A DNA stretch of 6,811 bases from NCBI GenBank assembly GCA_051530055.1, contig JBMGUZ010000099.1, positions 1 to 6,811 on the forward strand, in the 5' to 3' direction. The position numbers and the translations under genes were made by a program. The first letter of the stretch is position 1, and every line of letters begins with the position of its first letter. The notes below the pieces were generated by a model, which was not told the origin of the DNA, ran no database searches, and was given only the letters and a program-made list of their open reading frames with translations. Below, one piece after another: positions 1-5,504 of this stretch. The DNA comes from Neoechinorhynchus agilis. Its lineage: Eukaryota > Animalia > Acanthocephala.

Positions 1-207
1 GAAGCAAACATTTTAAGATCAAAATGCTACATCGCTATATATTCATGACCTGGGCTTTAATTTTCCAAGATCCAACATTTTTAAAAAGCTTTGACCTCTA
101 ATTCGTGGTAGGAACACAAAACGGATATATATTCCATTTCTAAAGATCAGCAAACGTAACCTGACGACCGTAAACATGAAATTAGTTCGAATGAATTTTA
201 GTATCGA

Positions 208-284
208 GTTTCAAACTTAAAAGATCGAAGAAATATTGAACTATCCTAGGCCTTCGATGATCGCGTTAAGTTTAAGCTTGAAAC
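208..284. repeat. Imperfect bulged inverted repeat (possible small stem-loop)
   Basis: GTTTCAAACTTAAA (208-221) matches the reverse complement of TTTAAGCTTGAAAC (271-284) at 13/14; inner ATCGAAG (224-230) pairs with CTTCGAT (252-258). Confidence 0.4.
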
Positions 285-335
285 AATCAAGTTCTCTTCT
301 TCCCAATGCGCAAGATTGATAAGATTAAAATCCGT

Positions 336-343
336 CCAATCAG
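336..343 (+). promoter_or_regulatory. CCAAT box (NF-Y type) upstream of the + strand orphan gene
   Basis: CCAATCAG about 95 nt upstream of the ATG at 432; motif and position only. Confidence 0.35.
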
Positions 344-431
344 AATTCAAGAAAATTTTTTGCATCACTATGGCAACTTTTCATCCTTAAACGTTTCACT
401 TTTGTAATATTGCGGCTTTAATACTAGTAAA

Positions 432-1040
432 ATGAAAAGTAAGTATAAAATTTTATATTTTTTCTTAACATCTTTTCGTTTAGTGATGAGAAAATGCTTT
501 TGTTTTAAGCAGAGCCGTGATACAAAACTAAGTGAAATTAGCAATGGTGGGAACACTAAGGAGACCAAAAAATTAAAAGGATTTCGCGGAATATTGCGAG
601 CATTAGTAAAATGCTTTTGTGGGGCTACGGAGTTAGAAGAGAAAGTTGATATCAGCAGCAACAGTAAAGATAGTGATTTGAACCTATCCTTCCATCATGA
701 AAACAAGAAAACGTGGCAAGACTATCGCGAAGGCTGGAAAAAAATCGTTGATGAAGTCATCAATCAGGACAACAATAAAATTATGGTTATTGGGGGTTTG
801 AAGCAAAAAGAAGAAGTCAATCCAACATCAAACATCGAAAATAAATATACGGCTATATCCAAAGTTAATAAAAATTTGAAAAACCAAAATTCTGGAAAAA
901 TTAGAAAATCTAAGACTTCAACAACACAAGAAGATGGTTCAGATGGTGACCGTTGCATTTTATACATAATGTGGACGGCGATATTTATTATGCTGCTTTG
1001 TGCAATTGTTGTTGGGAGCACATTTTTCAAATGTTACTGA
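432..1040 (+). CDS. Orphan tail-anchored membrane protein; probably spliced (432-438 + 484-1040, 187 aa, MKMMRKCFCF...)
   Basis: 202-codon open frame in AT-rich DNA; single hydrophobic C-terminal segment CILYIMWTAIFIMLLCAIVVGSTFF (954-1028) followed only by KCY-stop; two KCFC motifs; AATAAA right after the stop; canonical-looking intron at 439-483. No family recognised. Confidence 0.7.
   Translation: MKSKYKILYFFLTSFRLVMRKCFCFKQSRDTKLSEISNGGNTKETKKLKGFRGILRALVKCFCGATELEEKVDISSNSKDSDLNLSFHHENKKTWQDYREGWKKIVDEVINQDNNKIMVIGGLKQKEEVNPTSNIENKYTAISKVNKNLKNQNSGKIRKSKTSTTQEDGSDGDRCILYIMWTAIFIMLLCAIVVGSTFFKCY
439..483 (+). other. 45-nt spliceosomal intron (in frame, stop-free)
   Basis: Starts GTAAGT, has TTAAC branch-like motif (465-469), a pyrimidine tract and ends TTTAG; removal gives ATG AAA A|TG ATG AGA in frame. 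Confidence 0.7.
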
Positions 1041-1041
1041 G

Positions 1042-1047
1042 AATAAA
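1042..1047 (+). terminator. Polyadenylation signal of the orphan gene
   Basis: AATAAA 1 nt after the TGA, followed by a GU/U-rich stretch (about 1060-1105). Confidence 0.55.
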
Positions 1048-2050
1048 GTAGTTTCTAAATTGGTTTCCGCGTTACTTTCAATCGTTTGCGTGTTTCGTCT
1101 TTGTTCGAAATTAATGACAAAGTTTCCCAACGTTTTTGCGCTTAACGTTACACTTTAGAAATTGAGATAAAGCTGAACTTGGAGACGTGCTCTTAAATTT
1201 ATTTAATGAAATGATCTCAATTAAGTGAATGTAAATCTGTTCACCGATTGGTCAGAAAGTTTTTCTACTTGTTAGCATTTCAGGATATATTTATTTCGCA
1301 ACTTTTGAAGAAACACAATGTTCTAACAACGGTTTTAGCATTTTAAAGGCACAAGTAGAGACTTTAAGTGATTATAGACCGGATAATAACGGTGGATTTA
1401 AGTTTTATTCACATTTGAAACACCCCGCGCCATAAATTTTACCTTTTGAACCCCGTAATCGCTACATAAATCTTTAGATTTGGACAATGAACTCGTTTCT
1501 GGAAACATTAGAGTCAAATTCACGCACAAAAAGCTATCGTAACCAATAACCCCAACGATCCGAATAAAGCATCAGTACCATCATCGCATGCTACCGCCGT
1601 CCCTCTAACCAATCGCTTTTAAAGAATAGCCTAAAACATATTTCACATCTTAAAAACTCGAATAGTAACCGAATCCCTAACTTCTTTGACTATGCGCAAT
1701 TCCATAGGCGCCCGAAAAGCCATAAAAGACAACCACATAATTTTTCCACATTAAACACAATTTTCCTTCCGAAACAAATATAAAGTTATCACCGAGTCCC
1801 TACATCATTATACCATAAATCGGCTCATCCAATTGTCTCTGATCCAACCATTGCCGATCGAAAACTTATATCGATTCCTCCCTTAATTTATCTTCCACGA
1901 CAACCAAAACAGTCGTAATCTCCTTCATTTCCACAGGACGTTCGTCTTTCAAAAATCGGAAATGTCCTTTGCTAAATGCACTTAGTTGAAAATATTCGAT
2001 TAGTGGCGTCAAACAAATCGAATTAATTTGCAGCATATAAACGATTCCTA

Positions 2051-3610
2051 TTAACGACGTGATCGGTTTCTGGTACGTCGTTGATGGCTGCGTGGGACCA
2101 GCGCATTAGGATTGTAAGCCATTCGATAATTTTCTCCTTGCGGCATTTGCATTCGTGTAGGAAACTGAGGAATTCCTTGAAAATTATTCGGATGTTGCGA
2201 ACTCCATCGTGCTCCATCGTAATAGTTTTGAAGGTTATGTACCATTCTCGATGGATTGGATTGGTTTCCTCGATGATATAGTCGCTGTGGAAAACGTTCA
2301 TTAATATAGGGCCTTTCGGCGTAATATCCTCCAGGATAAACTTCCATACTATTTGGCACCGATTGATTTATCATTCGGAAATATCCTGGTCGATAGACGT
2401 ACTCATTAGAGGTCGATAATGAAGTTCCTTGGAAATTGTTATAGGCATTGCTCATGGGTTGCGCCTGAGGTTGAACCGCAATCAAATCGTAAGGGGTCCA
2501 CGTTTGCGGATACCTTTGCAATTGGTAAGAATGCTGCGAGTAGACATTCCCTCGGTTGTCTTGTTGTATTGGATAGCGTCCTCGCGGCATCGACAGATCC
2601 AACGGAACTTCCTGTTGACTGCTCATTGGTTGAACAAAACTTTCACCGTACGATGGTATAGCCGCCATGTAGTTAGATTGAACACTCGTATTGGCATTTT
2701 GGTGTCGTTGTTGAATCGATCGTTGGTGGCTGCGATTTATTTGCTGCTGTTGGGAGAAGGATTGTCCCATTTGAACCAATGGCCATTGAGTTGATCCAGT
2801 GGAAACGCCATACGATGAAACTCGCTGAACTGACCTATCGGGATCGTTACGATCAGGACGTGAACGTTTCACTTCAGTTTCATTCTGATGTTGCTCGTCT
2901 TTTGCGGTCGTTTCGTGTTCCGTTAACCTTCTCTTTGGTTCAGCTACTACTGATTTATCCGAAAGTTCAACATCAGCTGTACGTTTTCTGGGTTTACTGG
3001 AAGATCTCGCGGGTTTGTTTGTTTTCTTCGAAATTTCTAGCAGGGGTTCAACTATTTTAAATTTCTCCATCATCTCCTCGGCGCTTGTACCCGAAAGTTG
3101 GAGCATTTCATTGCCATGAGCAGTGATTTTTACGCTTGATTCCCTAAACCAAATTTCTCCGACTTTGGAGAACTCTGGATAATAATATACCCGCTTTACA
3201 GTTTTCCTCAAATCTGGCAACTTCATTGCTTCCCAATTGTTAAATAACAAGTCAAGGTCAACGCAATATTTTAAAGTTATATTCAATCCGATATTTGTAA
3301 TCGAATAATCGCTCATTTGTCCGGCTCTGAGGCAAATGTTACCAATAAGTTCAGCAACATGATTAGAGAATAACTTTGCTCCGTCTTGTACTTCGCTTTG
3401 TACATTTACGACGACTTTCCCACTTCTAAAAATGCGAGCCGTTGCACCAGGAAACATCAAATCTTCACGATCATTTGGTACAGTGTATAAGATTGTTGGT
3501 CCTTTTTGCAATTCCGTATGCGGCATTTTCCTCTTTAGTTCGACAAGACTCACTTCGTTCATTTTGAATTTTGCACTGCAGTTGTAGGCGGTAGTGAGAG
3601 ACGATGTCAT
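2051..3610 (-). CDS. Divergent TBP-related factor: N-terminal two-repeat TBP core (aa ~8-196, nt ~3023-3589), basic linker, Q/N/Y/P/S-rich low-complexity C-terminal tail
   Basis: ATARIFRSGKVVV aligns to TBP TTALIFSSGKMVC; DYSITNIGLNITLKYCVDLD to [20 protein letters not shown]; YYPEF to YEPELF; LQLSGTSAEEMMEKFKIVEPLLEISKK to [28 protein letters not shown]. Motif order and spacing fit a full core. 519 codons uninterrupted. Confidence 0.85.
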   Translation of the reverse strand: MTSSLTTAYNCSAKFKMNEVSLVELKRKMPHTELQKGPTILYTVPNDREDLMFPGATARIFRSGKVVVNVQSEVQDGAKLFSNHVAELIGNICLRAGQMSDYSITNIGLNITLKYCVDLDLLFNNWEAMKLPDLRKTVKRVYYYPEFSKVGEIWFRESSVKITAHGNEMLQLSGTSAEEMMEKFKIVEPLLEISKKTNKPARSSSKPRKRTADVELSDKSVVAEPKRRLTEHETTAKDEQHQNETEVKRSRPDRNDPDRSVQRVSSYGVSTGSTQWPLVQMGQSFSQQQQINRSHQRSIQQRHQNANTSVQSNYMAAIPSYGESFVQPMSSQQEVPLDLSMPRGRYPIQQDNRGNVYSQHSYQLQRYPQTWTPYDLIAVQPQAQPMSNAYNNFQGTSLSTSNEYVYRPGYFRMINQSVPNSMEVYPGGYYAERPYINERFPQRLYHRGNQSNPSRMVHNLQNYYDGARWSSQHPNNFQGIPQFPTRMQMPQGENYRMAYNPNALVPRSHQRRTRNRSRR

Positions 3611-3616
3611 TTTTGT

Positions 3617-3654
3617 CTAAAGTAAAAGTAAGTTGAAATCTACTTCTGTTTATA
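3617..3654 (-). promoter_or_regulatory. Candidate 3' splice (or trans-splice) acceptor just before the ATG, and/or a TATA box
   Basis: Minus strand reads CTTACTTTTACTTTAG|ACAAAA-ATG (AG at 3618-3617); TATAAA at 3654-3649 lies ~40 nt upstream of the ATG. The two readings cannot be separated from sequence alone. Confidence 0.4.
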
Positions 3655-3740
3655 AATTTAAAGCAAATTCGATACAAGGAGGCTATGTGGGCCAATTTTT
3701 TCAGGTTTAGGAGAACTATTCGGCTGAAGCACCTTCTATT

Positions 3741-3754
3741 GAACTTCGAAGTTC
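3741..3754. repeat. Perfect 14-bp palindrome GAACTTCGAAGTTC
   Basis: Sequence equals its own reverse complement; ~130 nt upstream of the TBP-like ATG. Confidence 0.8.
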
Positions 3755-3835
3755 TAAATACATAAGGCCGAGCAATTTGTTTGTTTCTTTGCTATTAAAT
3801 ATTTGGGAAAGTATGAATCCGGGGGTGAGGGAGAT

Positions 3836-3859
3836 TGAACACGTGACGTCACGTGTTCA
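3836..3859. promoter_or_regulatory. Perfect 24-bp palindrome: CRE flanked by two overlapping E-boxes
   Basis: TGAACACGTGACGTCACGTGTTCA = CACGTG (3840-3845) + TGACGTCA (3844-3851) + CACGTG (3850-3855); extra TGACGT at 3869-3874. The palindrome is certain; the regulatory role is inferred. Confidence 0.6.
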
Positions 3860-4267
3860 TTAATTATATGACGTGTAGATTTAATCTTCGGTTAATTTTA
3901 TAGTTCGACGCAGTGGGGCGCAAATTTAGCCTAGCAGGAAAAAGAACCGTTTTTTATCACTGAATTTTTGGTTTAAGACTTCCAATGGTCAGTTGTTTTG
4001 AATTTTAAAAGATTCAAAATATTTGCATTCCGTATAATCCAGAAAAACGACATGGGTTCGAATTGTAAGCGATCATTTAATTGGTAGTGAACGAAATTCA
4101 AGTCTGTAAGGATTCCTCACTAGTCGTTAGCGAACTAATCGTGTTTAACGGCAGAATGTTAGCATCTAATTAAATCAAATCGAAGACTGCAAAGGAGAGT
4201 CCGTCGATGGCAATGCCAGGCGATTTTTGAATTTTAATTAGCGTAGTTTTTGATCATTTTTTAACGA

Positions 4268-4499
4268 TAGAATATTGATTATCTATTCTTCAATAAGGTC
4301 TACCTGCGCAATGCCGGCTAAACTGGCTTGTTAAGAATAAACGGTAATTATGTTTGAAGATTGAATTGTTCATATTGGTTGTTTTACGGCGAAGAATTTA
4401 AAATGATTTTATTTTTAAATCCGATATTTCGGCATCATCTTGTACGCGTTTATCAAGGTTGTAAATTGTTTCGAGATCAAATTGAAAGTTATAAAGGTA
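4268..4499 (-). pseudogene. Possible decayed fragment of a TBP-like paralog (second TBP repeat), overlapping the left hairpin arm
   Basis: Minus-strand translation YLYNFQFDLETIYNL..EISDLKIKSF, then after one frameshift PI*TIQSSNIITVYS*QASLAG, parallels LKYCVDLDLLFNN..KLPDLRK..EIWFRESSVKITAHGNEMLQLSG of the neighbouring gene. By-eye alignment with stops; DNA identity is low. Confidence 0.3.
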
Positions 4500-4657
4500 T
4501 TTTTCACAGTGAGAGATCGTTAGCGAAAATCGATCTTTATAACTTTCAATTTGATCTCGAAACAATTTACAACCTCCATAAACGCGTACAAGATAGTGCC
4601 TCCGAAATACCGGATTTTAAAACAAAATCATTTTAATTTCTTCGCCATAAAACAGCC
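4377..4657. repeat. Long inverted repeat / foldback: ~122-nt arms (4377-4498 and 4533-4657) with a short spacer; candidate hairpin RNA
   Basis: Arms differ by 11 substitutions and one 3-nt indel by my count; perfect 41-bp stem (4456-4496 / 4535-4575) and perfect 17-bp stem (4437-4453 / 4578-4594). Confidence 0.95.
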
Positions 4658-5264
4658 TAAACGTTAATTTGTTTCCCAGTCACGGTATCAAAAAAAGTTG
4701 AAAATACGATTATTTCTAAGCCAATTAATTTTGTAAACAGAATACGAAATCTAATTCTCATGATTACGATAAGCGAAGCTTTTGAAATTAATTCAATGGT
4801 TTTCTTTGGAGTCGAAGAAGATTTTCCGTAACATGATTTTAAATATTCATTTAGATTTAAAGCACTGATATTTATTATAGGCGATTTGCATTAGATAATG
4901 AACTAAAGACCAAAGCATTAACGTCAAAGCAAAAGGCATGAAGTGTAATAGTGTTACGTTTTGTTCATATTGACGAAGATTTAATCACCTCGTGGGTAAT
5001 GTTTTCAAGATAAAGTATTCTTGAACAGTTTTTATTCGACCAACAATATGTTTTGGTGATTTATTTATCAATGCAAAATAGAAAGATTATCCAAAATGGA
5101 GCATGGATTTGTGGTAAAGGATAATATCATTATTAAATTTTAGTTTGCTCCTTATACCCGGCTTACGTGTCTAATTGTTTTTACCTCGATCACGAGCATT
5201 GGAAACATGAAATAAATATTTTATTATAGCGATCTATGAAAATTTCATCATTCTCTTCAATTAA

Positions 5265-5495
5265 TCTATCTTGATATCTTATCGAGAGCCCATGATTGCA
5301 CCTCCGCGGCTCCCGTAGAGCAAGTTTTAGATTTCTTTGGACTGTTTTTACTGTTCATCTGAAATTAAAATCGATTGAAGGATTTTGCGCTTTTATTTTC
5401 CGTTTTATGCCCGGAAGCAGATCTCTAGAAAGACAACAATATTTAACATAAATATTCCACTTTATTAGAGGCTAGAGAATAATCGATAAGATAGA
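5265..5495. mobile_element. Possible MITE-like element
   Basis: TCTATCTT..TATCTTATCGA (5265-5285) is inverted relative to TCGATAAGATAGA (5483-5495); TAA on both flanks (5262-5264, 5496-5498). Short and AT-rich, so could be chance. Confidence 0.2.
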
Positions 5496-5504
5496 TAATA
5501 AAAA

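Noticed and set aside
368-1030. Minus-strand ORFs 368-661 and 764-1030
   Set aside because: Antisense shadows of the 432-1040 gene with no recognisable motifs.
1430-1930. Mitochondrial insertion (NUMT) suggested by G/T skew on the minus strand
   Set aside because: TAA/TAG stops remain under the invertebrate mitochondrial code and no mitochondrial protein motif is recognisable.
3285-3296. 12-nt match AATCCGATATTT between the TBP-like CDS and the hairpin arm (4418-4429)
   Set aside because: Too short and AT-rich, and it does not extend; not evidence that the hairpin targets this gene.
2023-3695. Overlapping ORFs 2023-2301, 2081-2281, 2419-2661, 2429-2794, 2779-3060 and 3471-3695
   Set aside because: Alternative-frame or antisense by-products of the 519-aa CDS; no independent signals.
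3741-3754. Heat-shock element reading of GAACTTCGAAGTTC
   Set aside because: GAA/TTC spacing does not fit nGAAnnTTCn.
3906-4063. A-box-like CGACGCAGTGG and B-box-like GGTTCGAATT (tRNA or SINE)
   Set aside because: Boxes are ~140 nt apart and no cloverleaf is evident.
4361-4636. 91-aa ORF spanning the hairpin as a functional gene
   Set aside because: Starts at TTG and runs through both arms of an inverted repeat, so it is most likely incidental.
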